DNA of 64,000 nt from positions 1 to 64,000 of the forward strand of contig NW_005434561.1 in assembly GCF_000315625.1 (NCBI RefSeq), read 5' to 3'. The DNA comes from Guillardia theta CCMP2712 (lineage: Eukaryota; Protista; Cryptophyta). The first letter of the stretch is position 1. Each line of letters begins with the position of its first letter. The notes under the pieces were generated by a model. The model had not been told where the DNA came from. It did no database searches and saw only the letters and a list, made by a program, of their open reading frames with translations. A program made the translations under genes and the position numbers. Shown one piece after another: positions 10,655 to 22,392 of the stretch.

Positions 10655-13600
10655 TCAAGAGGCTATGCAGTAGTCCCACCAGGCTCCGTCTCCGTTGCGC
10701 GATCCGCATCCTTCCTCCCTCACCTTGCACCAGGGCTTCCCCGCTGATCGCTCCTCCGTGCAGCCCGAGTACTCCTGCACCCCGAGCTTGAGAAGGGACG
10801 CAGAGGACGAGCAGCAAAGCAGGTAGATCCCAGAGCGAGAGTGAAAGGAAGGACAGAGGAAGAGGAGGGGGAGGGGGAGGGGGAGGCACCTGGTTCTTGG
10901 AGACGAAGGAGGAGCGACATGAGCAGCCGCTTTTAGTTACGATGGGACAGACGTCAAACCTCCTCCCGTCCTGCTCGCAGTCAGAAGCGCTCCAACATCC
11001 TCCTCCCCTTCCCCTCGCCCCGTCTACCCCCCTGCTTTCACTTCTCCCTCCCCCCTCCCTCGCTTTCTCCTCTCCTCACCTCCATCGCAGTCCCGCACGC
11101 ATCCTCGACGACACACCATGCTTGTCCCTCCGCCAGTGAGTTGCTGCTGTCGTGAATGCACCCCGTGTGCTACTCTAGCTGTCACAAGTCCTTCGCATCC
11201 TCCATCCCCTCCCCTCTGCATCACCACCACCACCACCACCTCCTCCTCCTCCCCCTGCCCACACCCCCTTCCTCCTCCTCCTCTCACCTCTGCCCCATTG
11301 TAGCTGAACTTGTCGGCGCACTTGCAGCCATGGGACGTCACTCCCGGCCCTCCAGCCATGGCTCGAAGTTTCTGACGCGACGCCGCAGCCGCTTCCTTCT
11401 CCTGCTGCGACAGCACGACAGCCTTCTGTCGCTCCTCCTGTGCTGACAGCAGCTGGTCCTGCTCCAAGATGAGCGAGTGAGAGCAGGGAGAAGGCAGGAG
11501 GGGAAGGATGAGAAGGGAGGAAGGGGAGGAGGGAGGGGAGGAGGAGGAGGAGGAGGAGGTTACGACCTTCAATTGCTGCAGCTGCTCCTCCATCTGCTTC
11601 TCCTTCTCTTTGCTCGCTCCTCCCTTCGCCTCCTCGTCCTTCACCTGCTGCGTCGCTCGTCCCAGCGCCTCCCGAGCCTCCAGCTCAGCCGCCGCTGTCT
11701 TCTCCCCCTTCTCCTTCGCCTCCTCCAGCATCTTCTGCAGACGCGCCTCCTCTGCCGCCGCCTCCTCTTTGACTCGCTTCACCATGGCCGCGCTCGTCCC
11801 AGCTGACGCTGAGTAGTTCTCAGCTCGAGCAGCAGCTGCCGCCGATCTGATCCTCTCCTGCACATGTGTCATGGTGGTGATGGTGGAGGAGGAGGAGAAG
11901 GAGGCGGGCGGCTAGCTTCTCACCTCTTCCAGCGCCAGGCGCAGCTCGTCGACTCTCGCTTTGTCCGCACTTGCGTCAGCCTGCAGTCGATCAGGGGAGT
12001 GACAAAGCAGAAGGACATGAAGAGAGGAACCGAGGGGGAGGGGGGGGGAGAAAGAACACAAGGGTGTGAAAGAGAATGAAGGGAGGGGAGTGAGAGGGAG
12101 GGAGGAACAAGAGGATGCCCTCTCAATGGCTTGTAGAATTTCAACCTGGAGCGCCGCGAGCTTCGACTTGGCGTCTGCGAGCTCCTCCTGCGCTATGCGA
12201 GACGCTGCTGCTCGTTTCTCCCGCTCCATGTCCAAGTCCGAGCGAAGAGCATCGATTTCTGCAAGAGGAACAATCAGATAGAGGAGGAGGAGGAGGAGGA
12301 GGAGGAGGAGGAGGAGGAGGAGGGAAGGAGCAGTCACCTGTCTTTACAAGTATTTCTTCCTCTTCTGGTGCTGTTCAGTCTGATCTCTTCTTCTCTTGCC
12401 GCTCCTTCTGCTGTCAACACAGCAGAAGACGCTTGCTCCGCTCGCTGCAGACAACAAGTTCAGATCACCCTGACGCTCTTCTCTCCTCCCACCCCCCCCC
12501 CTCTCTCCCTCACCTCCACTGCTTCATCTCGCGCCGTGTTGACGGCCTTCAGCTTCGCGCGCAGCTGCTCGACTCGCTCCTTGGCAGTCATGACGGCATC
12601 GCGAAGAGAGGTGACGTTTCGCTCCTCCTCTGCCGACAGCAGCTGCATCTGGCGGATCAAGGCGTTCATCCTGCTCCTCTCCTGCTCTCCGTGTCAGTCC
12701 TCCTCCTCCTCCTCCTCCTCTCCTACCGTGTCCAGGTCTTCCTTCAGAAGCTTCTCGCGAGCATGCGACGCTGCCTCCGCCTGCTTCTTCTCTTCCAGTG
12801 CTGCCTCTGCTCCCTCTGCTCTTCTCTTCGCCTGATCCACTCGATGAGGACGCGACCCGCGCGCTCCTTCCCCTCACCTCCTTCAGAGCCTCCTCGTCCT
12901 CCTCCGTCCTCCGACCCGCCGACTGCAAGTCTCGTCATCTCCTCCCCACATCCCCTCCTCCCCTCCTGCTCCACCTGCTGCAGCAGCGCCAGCGCCTCCT
13001 CCGCCTCCTCCTTCTCCTTCATGGCAGCCAACGTAGCGTTGTGCGCAGCTTCGATGTCGCTGCACAGAGATTAGAGAAGGAAGGAGAGGAGGAGGAAGAG
13101 AGGAAGGGAGAGGAGAGGGATCAGGGAGATCGTGTGTTTGACCTGGCAGCCTTGACCATAGCGATGGCCTGCATCGATATCCTCGCATGCGCCTGCGTCA
13201 TCGTCAGCCTCCTACCATGAAAGCGAAGAGGAGGCTGAGGAAGAGGAAAGGAAATGAGGAGAGGGGAGAGAAAGAACAAGGGAGCAGGTGGAGCAGGGGA
13301 GGGAGGGCGAGGGAGAAACCTGATCCAGTAGGTCGACCATCTCCTTCTCCTTCTCCTTCGCCTGGTTCGCCTGCTTCCCGTCAGGGAGGAGAGGAGCAGC
13401 GCCGCAGCTTCACCTCTCCCTCCTCGTCCTTCTCTCGTGTCTCAGCCTCTGCTTCCTTCACCATGGCCATCTGCTCTCCTTCAGCTCGTTTTTATATCGC
13501 ACGCGACATTCACCTTCAGCTCGTTGCTCGCCTCGCTCGCCGCGAGCTTCTCCTCCTCCTCCTCCTTCTCCTCGCTCTCCAGCTTCGCCTTCCAGCTGCT

Positions 13601-16600
13601 CTCGCTCTCCTCCGCCAGCCTCTCCTTCTCTTCCGCCATCTGCCGCACGACTTAGGAAGAGGCGAAGGGAAGAGAAGGAAGACTGAGGGGGATCTGGGTG
13701 CTGAGAGGACGACGGGGGCAGCAGAGGAGAAGGAGAGCAGAGGAAAGGAAGGCAGTGACCAAGAGAGTGGACGAGGAAGGAGGAGGAGGAGAAGAAGGAG
13801 GAGGGAGGAGGGAGGAGGGAGGAGGGAGGAGGGGGAGGAGTGAACAACCTTGGCGTCATCCAGGGCCTTCTGAAGGTTGGAGGCAACTTCATTCATCTTC
13901 TCTTGCAGCTGATCTTTCTGACCCTCTGCTCGCTCAAGTTTCTGCTCGTCTTTGGACTTCACAGTCTCCAACTCTCGTTTCAGCTCCTCCTGCCTCTCCT
14001 CCGCCGACTTCTTCCTGCTCCTCCCGTCAGCTCCCCCCCCCATCGCCACGTCATCCTCACTCGTTCTCAAGGGCCTGCAGCTGAGCCTCAGCCGACTGAA
14101 GTCTCTTCTCTGCTGCCTTCTCAGCATCGGACGAGGTCGCTCCCGTCGCCTTCGCCTGCTGGAGCTATCAGGTCAACAAGTGTGCGGCTTCTCCTCCGAC
14201 CTCAGCTCGAGCTGCCGCCAGCTCCTGCAGCGCCTTCTCCTTCTCCTCCTCGGCACGGCTCTCCGCAGCTCTCGCCTCCTCTGCTCACGGGTCAAGCTCT
14301 CCACCCACCACCTTGTCACTCCCCACCTGCTGCCTTCACAGCATCCTCCAGCTGAGCTGTCTTGCTGGCTGCGTCGGCGTTGGCCTTCGCCACCGCGCCC
14401 ATGGCAGTCTGCTCGGCAACAATAGCTGAGAACCGCAAACTCCCCACAAAATCCCTCACCTCGGCAGTCTTGGAGGCCTGCAGCGCCTGCTCGGCCTCCT
14501 CCTTTTCCTTCTCCTCCGCCATGTCTCGCTCCTTGTCCGCCCTCCGCGCCGCCTCCTCCTCATTCTGTGCCTCCACCTGCAGCTTGCTGGCGGAAGTCTC
14601 GGCAGCGATCCGTCGATCTCTCTGCTTGCTCTGCACCAGCACGCGGTCAGGGCAGCGTAGTAGAACGAGGGGACGCGTGACGTACCTCCCCCTCCTCCGC
14701 CTCCTTCAGCTTGTTGACTTCTGCCGCCTCTGCCGCCTCTGCTGCCTGCTTGCTAAGCAGGGCGTTGGAGAGCTTCTGCTGTAAACTTCGGATGTCTTGC
14801 TGCATGCTTGTCAGCTCCGCCTGCTTCCCTTGCAGCTCCTGCAGCTCTCATTCAGATTCCACTTCCTCAGCTGAGGTTCAGCAGAGCTTCACCTTCTGCT
14901 TCTCCTCCGCGCGTTGAGCTGCTTCCTCGGCCTTGGCCTTGAGGGCGATGACTTGCCTCTCCTGGCTCTCCTGCTGTCGCTTCGCCTCCTCCATCGCCCT
15001 CTGAGCCTCCTCGGCCTTGTCCTGCAGTCTTGGTCATCCACCTTCCTTGTTCCCTCCTCTCTTGCTTCCCCTGCTCCTTCCTACCTTCCTCTCTCTAACC
15101 CTTCAACCCCCTGCTCTCCATCTCAGCCACTCTCTCACCAAGGCTTTCGTCTTCTCCTTCTCAGCTTCAGCAACGGCAGCAAGCGCCACGTTCTTCTGCT
15201 GCAGCGTCTCTTCTTTTTCCTGCTCAGCTCTCTTCATCAAGGCCTCCGCCGCCGCTCTTGCCTCGCGTGCTCGAGCAGTGGCGTTGCGAGTCTCGAGGAG
15301 AGCCTCATGCAGCATCGCGAGGTCGTGATCTTTGATCTTTCCTGCTGCCTTGAGCTTCCACACCTTCTCCTCTGCCACCCTCTCCTCCTCCATCGCCTTT
15401 GCTTCCAGCTCGGCCGCCGCCGCCGCCGCTGCTTTCGCCTCCTTCTCCGCCTCTACCGCCAGGTCCTGCGCATGTTTTGACTCCTCGAGAGCCTCCTCGC
15501 GCTGACCCGCCAACTGTTGTGAGGCCTCCAGCAGCTTCTCAAGACGCTCCTGCTCCTCCCTCGCCTCTTGAGCCTTCCCCTGAGAGATTGCAAGCTGCTT
15601 CATCCCCTCGTCGAGCTGATCCCTTGCAGCCTTGAGCTCTGCCGCCATCTCCACCAACCTCGCGTGCTCTTTGGTCACTTCATCCTCTGCCTCTTTCGCT
15701 TTCTGCTTCTCGAGCTCCACGAGGCCCTTCTCGTCCTCTTCCTCCAGCTCTGCTTTCTTCTCGGATGCCTCAGCTGCCTTCTCAGCGGCCACAGCTCTGT
15801 CCTCCATCTCCTCGGACTTCTTCTGCAGCTTCTCGTACTCGTTGGCTCTCTCCTGCTCCACTTTCATCCTCTCGAGCGCCTTCAGCTTTTCCCTTGCAGC
15901 GGCTTCGGCGCGGCCCTCGTCGTCCGTGGCTCGCTTCTTCCAGCTCTCCTCCTCCTCCTTCGCCTCCTTGGTCATCTCCTGCGCATCTTGAAGCTTCGCC
16001 GACAAGAACGCGATCCCCGCCTTCGCCTTCCCAAGACGGTCCAGCAGGCCGTCAGCTCGGCTCTTCGCGCCTTCCGCCTGCTTCTTGAGGTCGTCAAACT
16101 CGTCCTGGTCAAAGTTTTCTTTCGCCTTCCACCCCCGTCAGCATCGACCGGCACCGCGAGCTCGCGTACCTCATCCTTGGCGCTAGTCATGTCCGCTGAG
16201 ACCATCTGATGCTGGGCTGCAGCAGGCGGTTCATGCTTGCACAACAACAGGAGGGAGGAGGCAATGAAGGGAGAGAAGTGAAGGAGGGGAGGGGAAGGAA
16301 GTACCCTTGCTCAACTTGTCGAGAAGTTCTTTGACTCTTCTTTCCAGCAGCAGCTTGACAGCTTTGTACTCAGACTGACAGGGGGGTCAGGCGACAAGAG
16401 GCGCGAGAGGCTGCGGGACCTTGACGGAGATCAGCTGGTCGTGCATCGTGTGCTTCTGAACCTCGTTGACGAGGAGAGCACCGCTGCGGAGATATGTGAG
16501 CGACGAGAGCAGGAGCAGCGGACATCGAGTCTGTCTTACCTCAATCGAGCAGCTCTGTCCTCCTGCGACTTGAGTAGAGCAGCTTCACGCTTGGCGAGGT

Positions 16601-17219
16601 TCTCTGCAGCCTTGACCTTCTTCTGCATCTCCAACCTTGTGATCTCGTTGCGAATGACGCCAGCCTTGGCGATAGCATGCTGACGTTCAACTTCCTTGTC
16701 CAGGATGGACTTGGCAGTCGCGAGATCTCTCGCCGCCTTCTTCTTGATGGCAGAGATCTCGGCTCGCGCCAGCGTCTTGGTCATCCATGCTGAGTTCCGT
16801 TCATCCTGGTCTGCTATCCACCTGCTGTCTTGTCGCTTCTTCTGGTTTGACAGCATGTCCTTCAACCTCATCATATCCTTGATGCTGTTCCAGTCCTTGG
16901 GCTCTGCATCTTCGCTCTTCAGGTCGCCTGCTCCCTGCTCCCCCACAGCATTTGCCTTGAGCCCTTGGCCTCGAACTCCATCAATGTTGCCTGCGCGTAA
17001 ATCCGAGTGGATATGCTGCCCGAACTCGGACGAGAACAGTCTCTTGTCCAAGGCATCTTTGAATTCGTTGGATGAGCTGGAGAGGGACAGCATCGGCCGA
17101 CGGGGTCGAGTGTCTCCGTTGCCTCCAAAGCCGAAGAGGGAGCGGAAGATTGACTGTCCAGATGCTGCTCCCAGGAGGAGGAGGAAGAGCAAGTGTTTCA
17201 AGCACATCCCTGATCCCAT
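10655..17219 (-). CDS. Large secreted coiled-coil protein with two C-terminal fibronectin type II-like modules, multi-exon
   Basis: Signal peptide MGSGMCLKHLLFLLLLGAASG; E/K/A-rich coiled-coil exons 11400-16700. C-terminal exons: GCKCADKFSYNGAE|HTGCIHDSSNSLAEGQAWCVVEDACGTAME|DGRRFDVCPIVTKSGCSCRSSFVSKNQ|EYSGCTEERSAGKPWCKVREEGCGSRNGDGAWWDYCIAS* (TGA 10655-10657). Confidence 0.75.
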
Positions 17220-17777
17220 CTTGTCACTCCTTCACTCCCTGCACAGTTTGTAAGCACGGGTTCCATGTGTATCCATGTGTGCATGGGCTCGCATCCGATC
17301 TCGCATTCTCTACTGATCCTGCAGCCTCTCTTTCTCTCGCATTCTTGTCTAGTTTCGCACTCACCTCAGCATGTCCAGCGACTTGCCGTTCTGAAACTAT
17401 CGCGGTGCAGGTCTGAAGGAGGGAAAGATCAACAAAAATGGACCCAAACTTGAAAATGTTTTGTAATTACAAAATATTTACTCACTTCATTATTCAATTG
17501 AAACTTCAATCAATAATCAATATACTAGTCAACCACAACAGCCCCTCGTCGGTTCTCGTTTCAGTCCTCCCGAAATAGCAGACTGGCAAAATTTGACACT
17601 ACCCAGAGTAGGAATGAGGGCGATGAGATGTGGTATGAGGGTGATGATTAATATTTGTTAGGGGATGAGGGCAATTCGGAGGCGAGAATGGAGGGAGAAG
17701 GGGGAGGTAGGAGGAGCTTGTGGTGGAGGAGATGAGAGCTCTGTTGGTTCTTGTGAATGATTCCTGTGTGATTGTAG

Positions 17778-18819
17778 ATGCAGAAGTTGAGCACGTTCTT
17801 CTCCACCTGTTTCCTTGTGATATTTCATTCCATCCACTTCTCCCATTTGAGTATCCTGCCAGGTCTCTTCTCAAAATTTTGCACATCGTGCCGCCCTTTC
17901 ATCAGATACAAGGAGGCACATCACGAGTTTGATGAGTTGCAGTGACCACTCGTAAGATCTCCCCGAGTTCGCTCTTGTTCATTGACCCTGCATCCTAGGA
18001 CCCATTGGTGCAGGACGCCGGCTGACCTCAGAGCTCTCTGCGCGTCGTACAAGCGCGTGCATCTCTTCCTCGGCAACGGGCCAAGGCTGCAGTACGAGGA
18101 TGTCGAGCAGGTCTGGCAGAACTTGACTCCCGTCCTCCGAGAACTCGACGAGGAGGCTGGGGGACCGCAACATTGGCTTGCGGTGTTCGGGGGCGACTCC
18201 GATGTCGGGTACGGAGACCCTGCAGGGTACGACATGGGGAGGGTGAGGGAGCAAGAGGGTGAAGCTAGCATGCTCAGCCATGGAGGCGCAGGTGATGGCA
18301 ATGCTGCGAGAGCGGAGGGGAACCAAGCTGCTGGCTGTGGTTGGGTGGGACGACGTTGATGCTCACGTGGACTTCGCATACAAGTGCTCGACGACAAACT
18401 GTTTCTGTATCATCTCAAGCCTACTCAGGTACAATATCGAGATCGATGAGGACGGGAAGGAGCTCTATGGAGGACTGCTCGGTTGCTGCCTTGTGCTCAC
18501 TCGTCCTCCTGACCTTGTGGTCTACAAGAATCCGGACGTGCGGTGGGAGGGACTGGGGTCTACCTGGGCGATGAATGGAGGAGGGAAGGATGGCCGTCCT
18601 CGGTAACTACAGCTCTCCCTCAGTTTGCATGCACTGATCTCGTTGGACTTCAGGTCATCGCAGTTGGAGCTGGAGGGCGGGTGGGCAAGGTTGAGATCGC
18701 CTACGCTGAAAGCAAGGTGCATGTGTTGCATGCGGGGGCATGGGGGGGCTCACTTCAGCTCGCTGCATCAGGGGATTCCTGTACGACGAGTGGAAGCCCA
18801 AGCTCGTTCGCGCTTCTGA
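17778..18819 (+). CDS. Hypothetical alpha/beta protein, possible SLOG (LOG/DprA-like) superfamily; multi-exon
   Basis: Spliced: YKRVHLFLGNGPRLQYEDVEQV...WLAVFGGDSD...GTKLLAVVGWDD...YGGLL..GRAVGGTGVYLG...VIAVGAGGRVGKVEIAYAESK|GIPVRRVEAQARSRF*. The C-terminal part resembles the LOG/SLOG hhhGGxGTxxEhxxAxxxgkPV signature. Start uncertain. Confidence 0.5.
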
Positions 18820-19748
18820 GCTGAAGCACAAGTGAGGAGGTGATCAGAGAAGAAATGACGGGGAGACACAGATGGGCTTTGTGGACCCTTCCCTCCTCCC
18901 TCCCCCCTCCTCCCTCCTCCCTCCTCCCTCCTCCCTCCTCCCTCCTCTCCCTTCCCTCCTCCCTCCTCCCTCGTATCNNNNNNNNNNNNNNNNNNNNNNN
19001 NNNNNNNNNNNNNNNNNNNNNNNNNNNNNNNNNNNNNNNNNNNNNNNNNNNNNNNNNNNNNNNNNNNNNNNNNNNNNNNNNNNNNNNNNNNNNNNNNNNN
19101 NNNNNNNNNNNNNNNNNNNNNNNNNNNNNNNNNNNNNNNNNNNNNNNNNNNNNNNNNNNNNNNNNNNNNNNNNNNNNNNNNNNNNNNNNNNNNNNNNNNN
19201 NNNNNNNNNNNNNNNNNNNNNNNNNNNNNNNNNNNNNNNNNNNNNNNNNNNNNNNNNNNNNNNNNNNNNNNNNNNNNNNNNNNNNNNNNNNNNNNNNNNN
19301 NNNNNNNNNNNNNNNNNNNNNNNNNNNNNNNNNNNNNNNNNNNNNNNNNNNNNNNNNNNNNNNNNNNNNNNNNNNNNNNNNNNNNNNNNNNNNNNNNNNN
19401 NNNNNNNNNNNNNNNNNNNNNNNNNNNNNNNNNNNNNNNNNNNNNNNNNNNNNNNNNNNNNNNNNNNNNNNNNNNNNNNNNNNNNNNNNNNNNNNNNNNN
19501 NNNNNNNNNNNNNNNNNNNNNNNNNNNNNNNNNNNNNNNNNNNNNNNNNNNNNNNNNNNNNNNNTTCCTCACTCCTCATGAGTATCGGCTTCATCACCAC
19601 TCGCTTGACTCTTTCTCTGCCCTCTCACACAAGCAAGTTCACCTCCTTGCTCTCCCCATTCACACCAGGAGAATTGTCATTCTGACTCCTGTGCTGTCTC
19701 GACTCATGTCTTACGTTCCCGCCGTCTTTCGCGCAGGATCTTGCTGGA

Positions 19749-20611
19749 ATGATTCGCTTTCATCTTGCCTCGACCATAGTCGTCGTGGTACCCTCAGAAG
19801 ACCTGCATTGTAGACATCCTGATTACAACACAGGGGTGCATCATTGCATATGTGTCAGGTGTTCCACTGCAGGATAGACAGTCATCATCGTCAGTAGCCA
19901 CTCAGCTCTCACAAGATTTCCTCACAGCAGGTCCATCCATGCTGATGGTTGTTGTGGCTCTGATTGATTCTGTCGATTAGAAGTACACTTGCATCGAAAG
20001 CATGCGCGCCATTCATTGGAGGGAAAGAACAAGACACACTACGAGGATCCTTACACGACTGTGATTGGTTTGAGACTGGGTTCAACCCTGATCTGACTCT
20101 TGTTCACAGTCTTGCCAAAGTGGCGAGGTAAACATTACCATCGTAGGTGAGTAACAACCTCTTGGCTCTGCTCACGCCTTCGCTTCTTTCGCTCCTACGC
20201 AGCTTTCACGCGTGATACTTTTTCTCGCAGGGATCGCAGGAGCCATCTGCTCTCCAACCTGCTCGGTATCCTCTCCAAGAGACCGTCACCTTCTGACAGG
20301 GCTCTGTCCAGGTCATGGACTCTTGTCCCAAGGACAAACCCCCAACCGTGACAGCCAAGGCTCAATGTGCACTTCAGGTTTCGAGATGGTGGGGAGAGCA
20401 GCAGTGGGCTGACCGATGCGATGCGCTTGTTCAGGACATGTCGGGCAGAAAGTTTTGTGCCCTCATCTGTAATCCGCCCGATGAGAAGGTTTGGTTCCTC
20501 CCTCTCGCTGACTCGTCTGACGCTGACAAGGGCAACGATGACGGGGAGTGCGGGGAGAACGCCTCTTGCAAGGCCATCAGCGGAGTTGGCATTTGCACCT
20601 ACGACCAGTGA
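19749..20611 (+). CDS. Small, probably secreted, 10-cysteine protein, multi-exon
   Basis: Spliced: MIRFHLASTIVVV...KTHYEDPYTT|SCQSGEVNITIV|GIAGAICSPTCS|VMDSCPKDKPPTVTAKAQCALQ|DMSGRKFCALICNPPDEK|GNDDGECGENASCKAISGVGICTYDQ*. Confidence 0.75.
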
Positions 20612-20837
20612 GGCCGTTGGAGAGGTAAAGTAGTCTACAAGGCAATCCATGATATTCACAAGTACACTTATTCAAACTGACTCTCTAACACGTTGACCTT
20701 CACCTGATATGTCGACCTGCCAAGTGTGAGATATGTTCTCATCTCCTTCAATTATGCTCACCATGAGGCGACGAGTCCTATCCAAAGTCCGCTAGCCAGC
20801 CCGATGACGGACGAGTACGGAAGGACGCGTCCTGCAT

Positions 20838-21240
20838 ATGATCAGAGCAGGAGAGACGGACTGACGGCGGGACCTAGGGAACTCGAAGCGTTAATTTCTC
20901 TTGAGATCTTGGCAAGAGTTGTCTTCATGACGTCGTCAACGTCAGACTTGGAGAGCTTCTCGTAAATCGTTTCAATTGCCTGCAGGAATGTTACATCCCA
21001 CAAGAGAAGAAGAAAAAATGTTCTATTTCACACCTGCCAATCTGTCAACCCGATCATAATACCTATGAAGACGCCAAAGAACGTTCCTATAAACATACCA
21101 AAACAAGTTCCTGGTGCCAACTATGGTATCAGCACATTGATCTACCAGTACAACACCTACAATATCCAACCTGCACTCATCCAAATAAGAAATTTATTCC
21201 GACTTTCATTGATGTTTGTCCCCTTCAATTCGAAGTCTCT
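20838..21240 (-). CDS. Exons of a hypothetical membrane protein (Gly-rich TM segment)
   Basis: DFELKGTNINESRNKFLIWMSAG..|GTCFGMFIGTFFGVFIGIMIGLTDWQ|AIETIYEKLSKSDVDDVMKTTLAKISREINA. Boundaries unresolved because of the adjacent gap. Confidence 0.4.
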
Positions 21241-21292
21241 GAAAACACATCTTTGTCACCTTGACCTCCATTTATCACAATTTTCGCCCGCA

Positions 21293-21505
21293 TCATCTCC
21301 ATCTCCATCTCCATCTCCATCTCCATCATCATCATCATCATCATCTCCATCATCATCATCATCTCCATCATCATCATCATCATCATGATCATGATCATGA
21401 TCATCNNNNNNNNNNNNNNNNNNNNNNNNNNNNNNNNNNNNNNNNNNNNNNNNNNNNNNNNNNNNNNNNNNNNNNNNNNNNNNNNNNNNNNNNNNNNNNN
21501 NNNNN

Positions 21506-21572
<67 letters not shown>
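21293..21572. repeat. (CAT)n/(CATCTC)n microsatellite spanning a gap; similar (CAT)n tract at 26870-27177
   Basis: Seen directly. Confidence 0.95.
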
Positions 21573-21573
<1 letters not shown>

Positions 21574-21770
21574 GCTACCTTGTTCTTCCTCCTCTCTCCT
21601 CCTCCTCTGGCTGTACTCTACTGGAACTTCGCCGCATTGACTCCCGTCAGTTGAAAACAATCAAAGGACCCTCGTCCCCACGCAAACCACCCCCCGCTCT
21701 GTCGCATGCAGCGAGCAGAGGAGGAAAGCCTGCGATGATGGCGACAACAGGAGGCACGATGGTGAGAACG

Positions 21771-21828
<58 letters not shown>

Positions 21829-21877
21829 TCTCCTCGCTCCTTCTCCTTCTCCAGCTCCTGCTCCTTCTCCTTCTCCA

Positions 21878-21912
<35 letters not shown>

Positions 21913-22392
21913 AGCTCCTGCTCCTGCTCCTGCTCCTGATCCTGCTCCTGCTCCAGCTCCTCCTTACCGACTTCCACTTTTCGCTTCCCCTTGTCTCTCT
22001 GCTTCTTCCTTCTCATCATTTCTCTGCTGTTGCTCTCTCTTTGATGTCATGCGCTGCTCCACAACCCTTCCTCCTGCCCTGGTTTCGTTCCCTGCTCAAT
22101 GATCAAAAGAAGGTATTCGGAGATCAACAAGATCGGTCGAGCCTCCCTCGCTAGTCGAGGTTGAGAGCTCCTGGTCCGATGAAGATGTAGAACTTGATCT
22201 TATCTGAGAGCTCTAGGAGTTTCTTCCTTGCAATGGATGGAGATGAGGATGTCGTTTTCACTTGTGCGCTGCAGGTGAAGGGGCCATTGTGAAAGTTGCG
22301 CAAGCGTGTCTTGACGAGAAACGGTGAAAGTGTTACCTTGTGTAGACTATTCGCCTTATACAAAGAGCTATGGGTTATGGTTCTCTGGTAAA

